The translations under genes were made by a program, and so were the position numbers. Below, in pieces: positions 33,856 to 43,089 of a stretch of 54,000 nucleotides of DNA. The stretch's first letter is position 1, and every line of letters starts with the position of its first letter. Where the stretch lies: positions 1 through 54,000 of the forward strand of contig JAFIGB010000312.1 of NCBI GenBank assembly GCA_020831705.1, given 5' to 3'. The stretch comes from Candidatus Sumerlaeia bacterium. GTDB lineage: Bacteria; Sumerlaeota; Sumerlaeia; SLMS01. Below the pieces are notes generated by a model. The model saw only the letters and a program-made list of their open reading frames with translations. It ran no database searches and was not told where the DNA came from.

Positions 33856-35241
33856 ATGAACCTTTACCGCCGCCTCGACCAAATCGCCCAACGCAAGGCC
33901 CGCCAGCAGGTGGCCATTGAGGATCTGCGCGCCGGGCACCATCCGGGCATCGCCACCGCCACCAATCACTTTTCCCGGCCCCAATCCACACCCCCTCCCC
34001 GTGCCCGGGCCATCCTCGACCACCTCGACGCCACCACCGCCGAGGAAGGCCCCCAGGGGCGTGTCTATATCCGCCGGGTGGAGCTTCGCCCCGGGTGCGA
34101 CAACAACCAGCCCCATGCCCTCGGTGCCTTCGGCCCCGCAGGGTCACCCCCGCTTACCCACGATCAACTTGCCGACCTTTCCACCGAGTGGGAGGGAGGC
34201 CCCGTCGAGCCCCATCAAATCGGCTTCATGGACACCGAAACCACCGGACTGGCCGGGGGCACCGGCACCATTGCCTTTCTTGTTGGCATTGGCTGGTGGG
34301 AGGCGCGCCCCGATGGATGGGTGTTCGTCCTGGAGCAATTCCTTGTCGATGATTTCGCCCATGAAGGGGAATTGATGCGCCGCGTGGGGGAGCACTTCGC
34401 CCGCTTCCGCATCGTTGTTTCCTACAACGGACGCTGCTTCGACATGCCCCTCCTCCGTACCCGCGGGATCATGAACCGCCTGCCCCCGCGCCTGTTTCGC
34501 CCCGCCCAGGTCGACCTGCTCACCACCGCCCGGCGGCTTTGGCGCAACCGCCTCGAAAGCGTCTCCCTCAAGAGCGTCGAATCCCACCTCATGTGTATAG
34601 ACAGGGGTCCCGACGTGGACGGCGCTGAAATCCCCGCGATATTTTTCGACCTCGCCCACAACGGCACCATCGGCCGCCTCCCCCTTGTCGTCTCCCACAA
34701 CGCCCAGGACATCGCCACCATGGCCGGGCTGTTGTATAGACTGGGGCTTGCCGTGGGGGATCCCCATGGCTGCGGCCTCCTCGACCACTGGAGTGAATTC
34801 GCCGGAATCGCACGGTGGCGCGAGACACAGCGCCGCTGGGACGAGGCCGCCGCCGCATGGACCCGCGCCCTTTCGCTGACGGGATCCGATGAGTCCGTCG
34901 AGCGCGAACTTCTCTACCGTCTTGCCGCCTGCCACAAACGCCAGCGCCACTGGACACCCGCCGTGGAGGCATGGGAAGCCCTTTCCCAACAACCGGTCAT
35001 TCACAGCGCAATCGCCTGGATCGAACTGGCCAAATACCACGAGCACGTGGCCAGAAACCCCGTACGTGCCCTGGAAGTTGTCCGTGAATGTCTGGGAAAA
35101 ATTCGCCTGGAGGAGGAGATCCGCTTTTACCTCGGCAGGGACACCACCCGTGCCCCCTCCCCGCTCATGGCCGACATGCTCCACCGCGAGAACCGTCTGT
35201 CTGGAAAGATCGACCGTCTCGGGGAACGTCCTCGTGTATAG
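33856..35241 (+). CDS. YprB-like RNase H-fold (DEDD exonuclease-like) protein with C-terminal TPR-like region
   Basis: IGFMDTETTGLAGGTGTIAFLVGIGWW...IVVSYNGRCFDMPLLRTR matches the RNase_H_2/YprB pattern. The start is assigned to ATG 33856 (MNLYRRLDQIAQRKA), which is uncertain because there is no clear SD. Confidence 0.6.
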   Translation: MNLYRRLDQIAQRKARQQVAIEDLRAGHHPGIATATNHFSRPQSTPPPRARAILDHLDATTAEEGPQGRVYIRRVELRPGCDNNQPHALGAFGPAGSPPLTHDQLADLSTEWEGGPVEPHQIGFMDTETTGLAGGTGTIAFLVGIGWWEARPDGWVFVLEQFLVDDFAHEGELMRRVGEHFARFRIVVSYNGRCFDMPLLRTRGIMNRLPPRLFRPAQVDLLTTARRLWRNRLESVSLKSVESHLMCIDRGPDVDGAEIPAIFFDLAHNGTIGRLPLVVSHNAQDIATMAGLLYRLGLAVGDPHGCGLLDHWSEFAGIARWRETQRRWDEAAAAWTRALSLTGSDESVERELLYRLAACHKRQRHWTPAVEAWEALSQQPVIHSAIAWIELAKYHEHVARNPVRALEVVRECLGKIRLEEEIRFYLGRDTTRAPSPLMADMLHRENRLSGKIDRLGERPRV

Positions 35242-35268
35242 ACAAGGTTTTTAACACCCCGGCAGAGG

Positions 35269-38200
35269 TCACTCCGACCCAGCCTCCTCCATCGTGACAA
35301 AGTACCTCTCCATCTCGTCAGCCGGCAAGGCCGGCGCGAGGAAAAAACCCTGGGCGTATCCGCACTCCATCTCCTTCAGCGCCTCCATCTGCTCCCTGCT
35401 TTCCATCCCCTCGGCAATGACCTTCAGTTGAAGGATGGAGGCGATGCCAATGACGGCACGGACGACATACTGGCTGGACGGGTCAGTCCCCATCGTGTTG
35501 ATGAAGGACCTGTCTATTTTAAGGGCATTGATGGGGAAATTGTGCAGGTAGTTGAGCGACGAGTACCCGGTCCCGAAGTCATCCAGGGCAAGGTGGACGC
35601 CGAGTTTTTTCCAGCGCTTGAGGGCTGCCTGGACGCTTCCCGCCTCGCCGAGAAGACTCGCCTCCGTCAGATCAATGTGAACAAGGCCCCCATTCAGCCC
35701 TGACTCATTTATCGCCTTTTCCAACGCACTCGCCGTGCTGACCGCAGTGAACTGGGCGGGGGAAAGATTGACGGAAATGAATTGGTCGGTGCAGCGGTCC
35801 GGGAAGTTGGCGCCCCACGTTTCACGTTGTTTCACGGCCTCCCTCAGGACCCACTCACCGATGGGAACGATCAGGTTGGTTTCCTCGGCAATGGAGAGAA
35901 AATCATGGGGCGGAATCAACCCAACCCCCGGCTTGTTCCAGCGCAACAGGGCCTCCATGCCCACGAGCCCTCCGGTTTTCAGCTCGAAGATCGGCTGATA
36001 GTGGAGGACAAATTCCCCACCCTCCAACGCCTCACGAAGGGACATCTCCGATTCACTGGTCTTCTGGATGGAATCGCGCATCCCCACGTCAAAGAGCTCA
36101 TAGCGGGCCTTGCCGAGTTCCTTCGCCCTGTATAGCGCGGTGTCGGCATCGTGCAGGATTTCCTCCACGGTGTTGTATCGCGTGTCACTGGTCGCAATAC
36201 CAATGCTGACGCCAATTTCCAGCGTCTTGCCTGATATTTGAAACGGGGTCAGCAGGTCCTTCAGGACACGGTCGGCGATGGTGACGATATTGCGCCTGTT
36301 TTTCAATTCATCCAGGACGACGGTAAACTCGTCCCCGCCAAGGCGGGCAATGGTGTCGCCAGATCGAAAGTGCCGCTGGAGACGCTGGCCAACGGCATGG
36401 AGCAACTTGTCACCCATGGCGTGGCCGTAGGTATCATTGACGGCCTTGAACTTGTCCAGGTCCATGTACATCACACCAAAACGGTAGCGGCGATTGCGCT
36501 TGGCACGCTCAAGGCACTGGTTGAGGCGATCGAGAAAAAGCGCCCTGTTGGCAAGTCCGGTCAGTGGATCGTAGAAGGCCGAATTGACCAGCTGGGCCTC
36601 CTGGAACTTGCGCAGGGTAATATCCGTCATGGAACCGACGATGCGCACCGCACGACCATCCGGGTTGTGCACACATATCCCCCGGCACAACACCCAGACA
36701 GGCTTGGAATCCTTCCCAATCAACCGGTGCTCACTTTCGAAATGGGCGGTTTCCTGATCAAAGTGGGCGCGCAACGCCTCCCTCACAGAGGGTTCATCCT
36801 CGGGCAGGATGCGCTTGAGCCATTCTTCAGGGTCGTCGCCAATCTCCTCGGGTCCGTATCCGAGTATTTCCTTCCAGCGATCACTGAGGTGAATTCTCTT
36901 CCGGGCAAGATCCCAGTCCCACAGACCATCATTGGAGCCTTGTGCAGCAAGGGCATATCGTTCCTCGCTGATGCGGATGGCCTGGATCAGCCGGATTCTC
37001 TCAAGGGCCCCCGCGCAGTGGTCCGACAGCATCTGGAGCGACTCGAGGGTATTCTTGTCGTAGTCATTCGGTGTATAGCTCTGAAAGGAAAGAAACCCCA
37101 CGACCTTGCCAGCGTGCCTGGCGGGGGCGAACATAAGGGATGCCGAACGCTTCTTCGCCCCGAACTTCCTGAGGACCTCGTCGGTCTCATCCGGTGACTT
37201 GCGATTGATGATGAAAGCTCCCTCCTTGAGAAGGCGCTTCTCAGACGGGCCCGGGTCTGTTTCCAGGCCCTTCGCTGCAATCTCCCTGCGTTGCCCATCC
37301 TCCGTGTCGATGTTCATCACCTCACGAATGGTCCCCGATTCCGGATCGTATAGATCCAGAAAGCACGCATCCCAGTGAATCCCGAGGGAGTCCACGGCGC
37401 TGACAATGATTTGTGCGGCCTCCTTCGGTGTGGCGACATGGCTCAGCTCCCGGCCCACGGTGGCGAGAAGCGCGGTTTGATCCTGGGCATGGCGGATCTT
37501 TTCCTCGGCAATGGTGCGATAAAGAGCCCCCGCACAGCGACCGGCAAACACCACCAGAAGGTCCAGGTCGCGCTGACTGTATTGGTTGGATGTATAGCTC
37601 TGGAGCGACAACATGGCCAGGGGGGTCCCATCCACCTGGCGGATGGGCGCGTAGAGCACGGAGGCGCTTTTCCGCGACTTGTTCCCGAAACGCTTCCTTG
37701 GAATCACATCCTGTTCCAGCGCATCCCGGATCAGGAGTGGACCCTCCTCCAGGACACGACGGAACGTGATGGACGGTTTTTTCGGTTTCCTCCCGATACC
37801 CGGCATTTCAGACCGGTTTCCATTGATGAGATCATACTCAAGGAGCGTTTGGCACTGACCGGTTTCCGGGTTAAACAAGGTCAGGGAAAAGGCATCCCAG
37901 CCAAAAACCTGATCGAAAACATCAGCAATGGAATGGGCCACTTCAAGGACACTTCGCGCGCTCCCGAGGGCACGTCCGAAAAGCACTGACCCCTCGTTGA
38001 GCCGCTTCGCCTCCACAACCTCGGTAATGTCCTGGAGAATTCCGATTGTCCCAAGAAGCTTGCCTTCCTCATCGCGAACCAGGATCGATGAATCGGAAAG
38101 CCACCGCTCCCGTCCATCATTTAGCAAAATGAGGTAGTCGCTTCTCCACTGGTTGACGTCCCCCTTTTTGGAAAGCTTGATGCTGTCCTCGAAGGTCTTC

Positions 38201-39459
38201 CCCTCGCACTCGCCGTGCATCACAATCTTGAGGATCATTTTGCGAAGGGTTACGGGGCTGAATTCCTCGGCGGAAAATCCAACAAGATCCTTGATTCCCT
38301 CGCCGAGATAGCTCCACCCCTCGACACCAAACTCCCGCTGGTAGGGCACCGCACCCGCCTGGATGATCGCGCGCCGATAGCGCTCCTCATTGACCCGGAT
38401 TTCCCCCATCAGCCGTGTATATTCAATGATGCCGGCAATCTCGGAGCAGACAAACTTCAACACCTCCAGGTCCGAACGATCGAACGCATTCTCCTTTTCG
38501 TAGGACTGAACGACCACCAGGCCGATAGTCTTGTCTCCCGACAGCAGCGGCACTCCCAGCCAGGATTTCGGCGGCGTTCCCCTGGCCTCGATAATCCCCT
38601 GGGCAAGGAGCTCATCGTACCTTTTCCTGTCTATCAGGAGCGGTTCCTTCCTGGTCAGGACGATATTGCTGAGGGTTTTTTCCGCCGTGGCCTCCCCCAC
38701 CGAATAGTCATCAGACTTGTCTACCGCGTAGGTAAAATCGAGCATTCCCCGCTCGGCGCTATACAGGGCGATGAAAAAATTCTCCGCATGGACGATCGTT
38801 CGGATGCTCGCATGGACAAGGGGATACAGCTCCTCCAGGGTGCGCACCTTGCGTGCTGACTGGGCGACATTAAAGATCGCCCGCTGAAGAGCCACCTGGC
38901 GGCTGATCTCCTCGTTGGCACGCTCAAGCTTCTCCACCTGGTTTTCCAGCTCGCGCTCGGCCAGCGCCCGCCGCATTGCCGGGGCAACCGTTCCGGCGAT
39001 CAGCTCCAGCAGGTCCTTGTCAGCATTGTCGTAGCGATTGGGGGTATAGGATTGAACCGAAAGAACGCCCTGAAGTTTGCCGTGGTAATGAATGGGTACA
39101 AAAAGGAGGCTGGCCGATTTGAGGGATGTGTTCCCGAAGGAGTTCATCGCCTCCTCATCCTGCGTCCTGTTGACCAGGATGCTTTGGCCCCGATGAAGCT
39201 CCAACTGGGAATGATACGGGGTTGGGGGAAACCGGACGGGATCGAGTTGCTGAAGCTTCCCATCAACGATGTCCCAGGCCATCACTCGAAGGAACTGGGT
39301 GGAACCCTCCATGCGCTCGGAGAAGATGAAGGCATCCCAATCAAATAACGCCCGTGTACTTTCGGCAAGGACATCCGCGACATGGGCGATGGTGTCTGCC
39401 TCGACAAGGCGGTGGATTAGGTTGGCTAAAATTTGTTCCGTGTTTTTGATGGGGGTCAT
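35269..39459 (-). CDS. Multi-GAF/PAS sensor diguanylate cyclase/phosphodiesterase (GGDEF + EAL)
   Basis: RLGGDEF (GGDEF), and EAL region (GMEALLRW, ..DDFGTGYSSLNYL). There are several GAF-like and PAS-like blocks upstream. The ORF-track start 39522 is a TTG without an SD, so I prefer the first ATG at 39459. The start remains uncertain. Confidence 0.85.
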   Translation of the reverse strand: MTPIKNTEQILANLIHRLVEADTIAHVADVLAESTRALFDWDAFIFSERMEGSTQFLRVMAWDIVDGKLQQLDPVRFPPTPYHSQLELHRGQSILVNRTQDEEAMNSFGNTSLKSASLLFVPIHYHGKLQGVLSVQSYTPNRYDNADKDLLELIAGTVAPAMRRALAERELENQVEKLERANEEISRQVALQRAIFNVAQSARKVRTLEELYPLVHASIRTIVHAENFFIALYSAERGMLDFTYAVDKSDDYSVGEATAEKTLSNIVLTRKEPLLIDRKRYDELLAQGIIEARGTPPKSWLGVPLLSGDKTIGLVVVQSYEKENAFDRSDLEVLKFVCSEIAGIIEYTRLMGEIRVNEERYRRAIIQAGAVPYQREFGVEGWSYLGEGIKDLVGFSAEEFSPVTLRKMILKIVMHGECEGKTFEDSIKLSKKGDVNQWRSDYLILLNDGRERWLSDSSILVRDEEGKLLGTIGILQDITEVVEAKRLNEGSVLFGRALGSARSVLEVAHSIADVFDQVFGWDAFSLTLFNPETGQCQTLLEYDLINGNRSEMPGIGRKPKKPSITFRRVLEEGPLLIRDALEQDVIPRKRFGNKSRKSASVLYAPIRQVDGTPLAMLSLQSYTSNQYSQRDLDLLVVFAGRCAGALYRTIAEEKIRHAQDQTALLATVGRELSHVATPKEAAQIIVSAVDSLGIHWDACFLDLYDPESGTIREVMNIDTEDGQRREIAAKGLETDPGPSEKRLLKEGAFIINRKSPDETDEVLRKFGAKKRSASLMFAPARHAGKVVGFLSFQSYTPNDYDKNTLESLQMLSDHCAGALERIRLIQAIRISEERYALAAQGSNDGLWDWDLARKRIHLSDRWKEILGYGPEEIGDDPEEWLKRILPEDEPSVREALRAHFDQETAHFESEHRLIGKDSKPVWVLCRGICVHNPDGRAVRIVGSMTDITLRKFQEAQLVNSAFYDPLTGLANRALFLDRLNQCLERAKRNRRYRFGVMYMDLDKFKAVNDTYGHAMGDKLLHAVGQRLQRHFRSGDTIARLGGDEFTVVLDELKNRRNIVTIADRVLKDLLTPFQISGKTLEIGVSIGIATSDTRYNTVEEILHDADTALYRAKELGKARYELFDVGMRDSIQKTSESEMSLREALEGGEFVLHYQPIFELKTGGLVGMEALLRWNKPGVGLIPPHDFLSIAEETNLIVPIGEWVLREAVKQRETWGANFPDRCTDQFISVNLSPAQFTAVSTASALEKAINESGLNGGLVHIDLTEASLLGEAGSVQAALKRWKKLGVHLALDDFGTGYSSLNYLHNFPINALKIDRSFINTMGTDPSSQYVVRAVIGIASILQLKVIAEGMESREQMEALKEMECGYAQGFFLAPALPADEMERYFVTMEEAGSE

Positions 39460-39600
39460 ATTTCCAAGTTCACCCACAATATCGCCATTTGCAGGCCCGA
39501 CGTCAACAGTTGTTGAGACCAATCATTGAAGATTGGCTACCCCGACCTGAACTGGAGGGCGATTCGGTGATGTTATTTTTTAAGAAAGGGGGGGGAGGAA

Positions 39601-40479
39601 TCAGCCCTGTTGGCGGGCGATGATGGCAATGCGGTTTTGTTCGGCCAATTCAATCGCTTGTTTTCGGTCGAAGAAAAGCGACTGATTCGCAGTAATACAA
39701 AGGGCAGCAGCCCGGGCGGCTGCCAGATTGCGGATGGTTGTCAGGCCAATGACGGGAACATCGAACCGCATGTCCTGGCGCGGCTTGGCCACCTTCACGA
39801 AGACAACTCCGTCGCCGGCGATCGAGTTCACACGCTTGATCAGATTGTCGGTTCCCTCCAGCGCCTCCACGGCAACGACGACCTTGTTTTTCACGGCAAT
39901 CGTCTGACCGATGTCAAGACGGCCGATTTCCTTGGCAAGGGGGTAGGCAAACTCGATGTCCTCGAGAATTTCCTCGCTCGGGCGAACCCGTGTGGTGAGC
40001 AACCCCGGTTCGGGCATACAGCTTTTCAGGAACATCGTGGAATCGAGGACACGCATGCCCTCCTTCTCCAGTTCCTCCACCGCAGCACCGAGCAGGGAAT
40101 CGGCGCGCCGGTCCTTCAAGCCACTAAGGATGCTTAGAATACGGGTGTCGAAGGCAATCTGACGCAGGAGAAGGTCGTGGCGAATACGCCCCGCCATGAC
40201 AATGTGACGGACGTCGTTCTCGCGGGCGAGATCGATAAGGCGGGAAACCTCGGCCAGTTTCAGGGTGTACATCCGATGGCTGTACTGGCTCAACTCGGGG
40301 CTGGCCATTCCATGGATGCCAAAGACAATAACCTCGACGCCTTCGCTGCGTGCAGCTTCAGCGAGGACCACCGGGAATTTGCCTTCCCCGGCAATCAACC
40401 CGATGCGCGACGGAATCTCCGAGAGACGACGCGTGTCGGCGTTGAGGTAGATAGAGCCCTTACTCTGTGCCGGGTCCAC
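39601..40479 (-). CDS. lpxI: UDP-2,3-diacylglucosamine hydrolase LpxI (DUF1009)
   Basis: RIGLIAGEGKFPVVLAEAARSEGVEV...VMAGRIRH...DIGQTIAVKNKVVVAVEALEGTD fits LpxI. There is no in-frame ATG near the N-terminus. Candidate starts are GTG 40479 (20-nt overlap with fabZ), TTG 40398 and TTG 40554. Confidence 0.75.
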   Translation of the reverse strand: MDPAQSKGSIYLNADTRRLSEIPSRIGLIAGEGKFPVVLAEAARSEGVEVIVFGIHGMASPELSQYSHRMYTLKLAEVSRLIDLARENDVRHIVMAGRIRHDLLLRQIAFDTRILSILSGLKDRRADSLLGAAVEELEKEGMRVLDSTMFLKSCMPEPGLLTTRVRPSEEILEDIEFAYPLAKEIGRLDIGQTIAVKNKVVVAVEALEGTDNLIKRVNSIAGDGVVFVKVAKPRQDMRFDVPVIGLTTIRNLAAARAAALCITANQSLFFDRKQAIELAEQNRIAIIARQQG

Positions 40480-40948
40480 GATCGTCTTTCTGGAAAGCAA
40501 AGAGGATAGTGGCACTCGATATGACCGTTCCTTCGCAGGTGATTTCCGCCTCAAGGCGGCCCGTCCGTGCCTTCAGGTTCCTGATCTGGCCGTCCACGTC
40601 AAGCCGCATTCCCGGTTCGGCGGGTCGGCGGAACTTCGCGCTCTCCACTGTCATCAAGTAGGCCACCTTGCCCAAATTCTCGCGGCGGGACAAAATCCAG
40701 CAGGCGCCGACCTGGGCCATGGTTTCAATCTGAAGGACGCCCGGATAAACCGGATGACCGGGAAAATGGCCGACGAAATAACCCTCGTTGGCAGAAAGGT
40801 TCTTGAAACCCCGCATTCCATCCTCGCGGAACTCGGTCATTCCATCAACCAGCAGAAAGGGGTAACGATGGGGGAGGATCTTTTCGATCGTCGGAACCCC
40901 AAAGGGAGGAAGAAAGGCGAAGGCCTCATCAAGGTTGTAATTGCTCAT
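40460..40948 (-). CDS. fabZ: 3-hydroxyacyl-ACP dehydratase FabZ
   Basis: LPHRYPFLLVD and GHFPGHPVYPGVLQIETMAQVG motifs. Confidence 0.95.
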   Translation of the reverse strand: MSNYNLDEAFAFLPPFGVPTIEKILPHRYPFLLVDGMTEFREDGMRGFKNLSANEGYFVGHFPGHPVYPGVLQIETMAQVGACWILSRRENLGKVAYLMTVESAKFRRPAEPGMRLDVDGQIRNLKARTGRLEAEITCEGTVISSATILFAFQKDDRGPGTE

Positions 40949-41799
40949 TTCCTCAGGTCATACTCCTCGGCAATCAAGTGCGCAAACTTCACATGGTTTC
41001 GGTGCCCGGCACGCCAAGCCCAAAAGTGACCACGCAAGGGACGATTCAATAGAGCAAGGTCGCCCAGCAGGTCGATGATTTTGTGTCGTACAACCTCGTC
41101 AGGAAAGTGAAGCCCTTCATTGAAATACTTTTCATGGTCAAACACCACGGCGTTTTCGAGGTTCCCGCCCTTGGCCAGTCCCGCCTGACGGAGCTTCTCA
41201 ATGTCCCCCGCAAGCGCAAAAGTCCGCGCCGGAGCGGCCTCCTTTTCGAAGGATTCCGCCGTGATTTCCAACGTAAATGCCGCACTTCCCACAATGGTTC
41301 CGGGAAACTCCACCCCCACGCTCAATCGCAACGTGTCGTTCGGCGTCGCCACCAGAACCGCCTCGCCATCCTCAAGGGTCAGAATCCGATCGATCACCAG
41401 GGGCTTCACCCGGTTTCCGTTTTCACGGATCCCCGCGGCACGAATTTTTTCCATGAACTCCTTCGATCCCCCTCCAAGGAAGGGAACTTCGGGGCCCTCC
41501 TGCGTCACCACCACGTCGGTGATTCCATGAGCCGCCAGGGCAGCCATGAGGTGTTCCATCTGTTCAAAGCGGGCACCATCGGCGCCGGTGATCACCGTGC
41601 GACGGTCGGAAAGCTCCGCATCGGCATGGTCCCATCGTGCGGGGACAAGACCCGTGCCGCCGGGACGCTGGAATACAATTCCCCCCGATTCGGCAGGCTG
41701 AAGTTGAACCCGACAGGGCACTCCACTGTGAATTCCGGTCCCCTCAATATCGAGGTCCGCCGCAAGGGTCTTTCCTGGTTCTGTTTCCTGTTCGGTCAT
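40945..41799 (-). CDS. lpxC: UDP-3-O-acyl-GlcNAc deacetylase LpxC
   Basis: GTGIHSGVPCRVQLQPA and RHKIIDLLGDLALL motifs. ATGA overlaps with both the skp-like and fabZ genes. Confidence 0.9.
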   Translation of the reverse strand: MTEQETEPGKTLAADLDIEGTGIHSGVPCRVQLQPAESGGIVFQRPGGTGLVPARWDHADAELSDRRTVITGADGARFEQMEHLMAALAAHGITDVVVTQEGPEVPFLGGGSKEFMEKIRAAGIRENGNRVKPLVIDRILTLEDGEAVLVATPNDTLRLSVGVEFPGTIVGSAAFTLEITAESFEKEAAPARTFALAGDIEKLRQAGLAKGGNLENAVVFDHEKYFNEGLHFPDEVVRHKIIDLLGDLALLNRPLRGHFWAWRAGHRNHVKFAHLIAEEYDLRK

Positions 41800-42437
41800 G
41801 GAATGGTAAGGGCCGGCAGTTCAGGCCCTGCTTCCTCCGTTGATGTGGGGCGTCTTGTCGGTTGGCGAACCAGTCTCTGCAGGTCCTCGCCCCGTGTCTC
41901 CAGGGCCTCGATCACCGCCGGTGTCAGGTCAACCACAGGAGTGGCATAAAGGACCATCTCGCCGCTGAGAACCATGTCATAGCCCTTCCTGCGGGCCGTC
42001 TGACCGACAACTTCGAGAACAAAACGGCGCAAGGGCCCAACAATGGCCGCTTCCTTGTCACGCACGTCCCGCCCAAATCGGTATTCCTCCTCCTCGACCT
42101 CGTCGAGAAGATTGATGATCTCCAACTCCCGACTGCGCCGCGCTTCGGGGGAAAGGGCGCCACCCTGCTGCTCAAACCGTTGCTGAAGACGACGCAATTC
42201 CCTCATTTTCGCCAGCAGATCGCGCTCGCGCCGCTCCATCTCCTCGTCGACCTCCCGAAGAGCCTCCCACACCGCACGACTGTCCTGAAGGACGACGTCC
42301 ATGTCCACAAAGCCAATGCGAATCTCCCCGGTGGGCGTGGTCGCCCCATCCTGGCTTGTTGATGTGGAGAGAATCTGGGAAGGTGCAAGATGGGGAGCAC
42401 CGATCAGCACCAAAAGGAGAAAGAACCGTGAAAGCAA
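41796..42437 (-). CDS. skp: OmpH/Skp-like periplasmic chaperone
   Basis: TTG start with a GGAGGA SD. Signal-like LSRFFLLLVLIGAPHLAPS, then a long coiled-coil (EEMERRERDLLAKMRELRRLQQRFEQQ). It is in the classic position upstream of lpx genes. Confidence 0.65.
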   Translation of the reverse strand: MLSRFFLLLVLIGAPHLAPSQILSTSTSQDGATTPTGEIRIGFVDMDVVLQDSRAVWEALREVDEEMERRERDLLAKMRELRRLQQRFEQQGGALSPEARRSRELEIINLLDEVEEEEYRFGRDVRDKEAAIVGPLRRFVLEVVGQTARRKGYDMVLSGEMVLYATPVVDLTPAVIEALETRGEDLQRLVRQPTRRPTSTEEAGPELPALTIP

Positions 42438-42557
42438 ACAAAATCCTCCGCATTGAACGCATGGGGGAAACCACCGTCGGCATCCCCGACCCCTGCAGGG
42501 CAGGCGGGGAAACCATGGGATGACAGGAAGGGCGTGGCAAGGAGGAAGGCGGGTTTT

Positions 42558-42590
42558 AAGGATGAAGGATGAAGGAGGAAGGAGGAAGAA
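42558..42590. repeat. Purine-rich box (AAGGATGAAGGATGAAGGAGGAAGGAGGAAGAA), dispersed copy
   Basis: The first 15 nt are identical to 11297-11311. GGATGAAGGAGGAAGGA matches the reverse complement of 11778-11794. It lies at the edge of the lower-GC leader of hipBA. Confidence 0.7.
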
Positions 42591-42667
42591 ATGATTTAAG
42601 GGTAAATTTTGGCCTCTTGATCGTATTTGGAGTTTTAAGCGGTCTGTTTTGACCTATTCGGTTTCTA

Positions 42668-42695
42668 TTGACGGCGGGTGCTTAGGGGCCATAAC
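42668..42695 (+). promoter_or_regulatory. Possible sigma70-type promoter of hipBA (TTGACG-16 nt-CATAAC)
   Basis: TTGACG at 42668-42673 and CATAAC at 42690-42695, about 50 nt upstream of hipB ATG 42745. Based on hexamer similarity only. Confidence 0.3.
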
Positions 42696-42744
42696 TTACC
42701 TTTAGAGGCTTGAAAGAGCCGGAAAGGGTCATAGGTGGCTCGTT

Positions 42745-43089
42745 ATGGATCTTGAAAGAATGAGCGATCAGGCTTTACTTGGAGAACTGGGGCGGCGTGT
42801 TCAACGGGAACGGTTGAACCAGAACCTCCGGCAAGTAGACCTCGCCAAGCGGTCCGGCTTGTCGGTCCGTGCCATCCGGCGTCTGGAGGCGGGGGAAGGG
42901 GTCACGTTGGAAAATTTCCTTCGGGTGTTGCGCGGCCTCGGGCGGTTGGGTCAGTTGGATAATTTCCTTCCCGACCCCGGCTACAGCCCGATTCAACTGG
43001 CCCAGTTGGCGGGATCGGTTCGGGAGCGCGCATCGCCCTACGGGCGGGAAAGGAAAAAGCACGATGGCGAAGAAATACAGGAAGGTTGA
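42745..43089 (+). CDS. hipB: HipB-like XRE-family HTH antitoxin
   Basis: LRQVDLAKRSGLSVRAIRRLEAGEGVTLENFLRVLRGLG is a Cro/C1 HTH. It lies directly upstream of, and overlaps, the hipA-like gene. Confidence 0.8.
   Translation: MDLERMSDQALLGELGRRVQRERLNQNLRQVDLAKRSGLSVRAIRRLEAGEGVTLENFLRVLRGLGRLGQLDNFLPDPGYSPIQLAQLAGSVRERASPYGRERKKHDGEEIQEG

Noticed and set aside
39588-39595. G8 tract in the short lpxI / GGDEF-EAL intergenic region as a phase-variable promoter spacer.
   Set aside because: No recognisable -35/-10 elements flank it, so the idea is untestable from the sequence alone.
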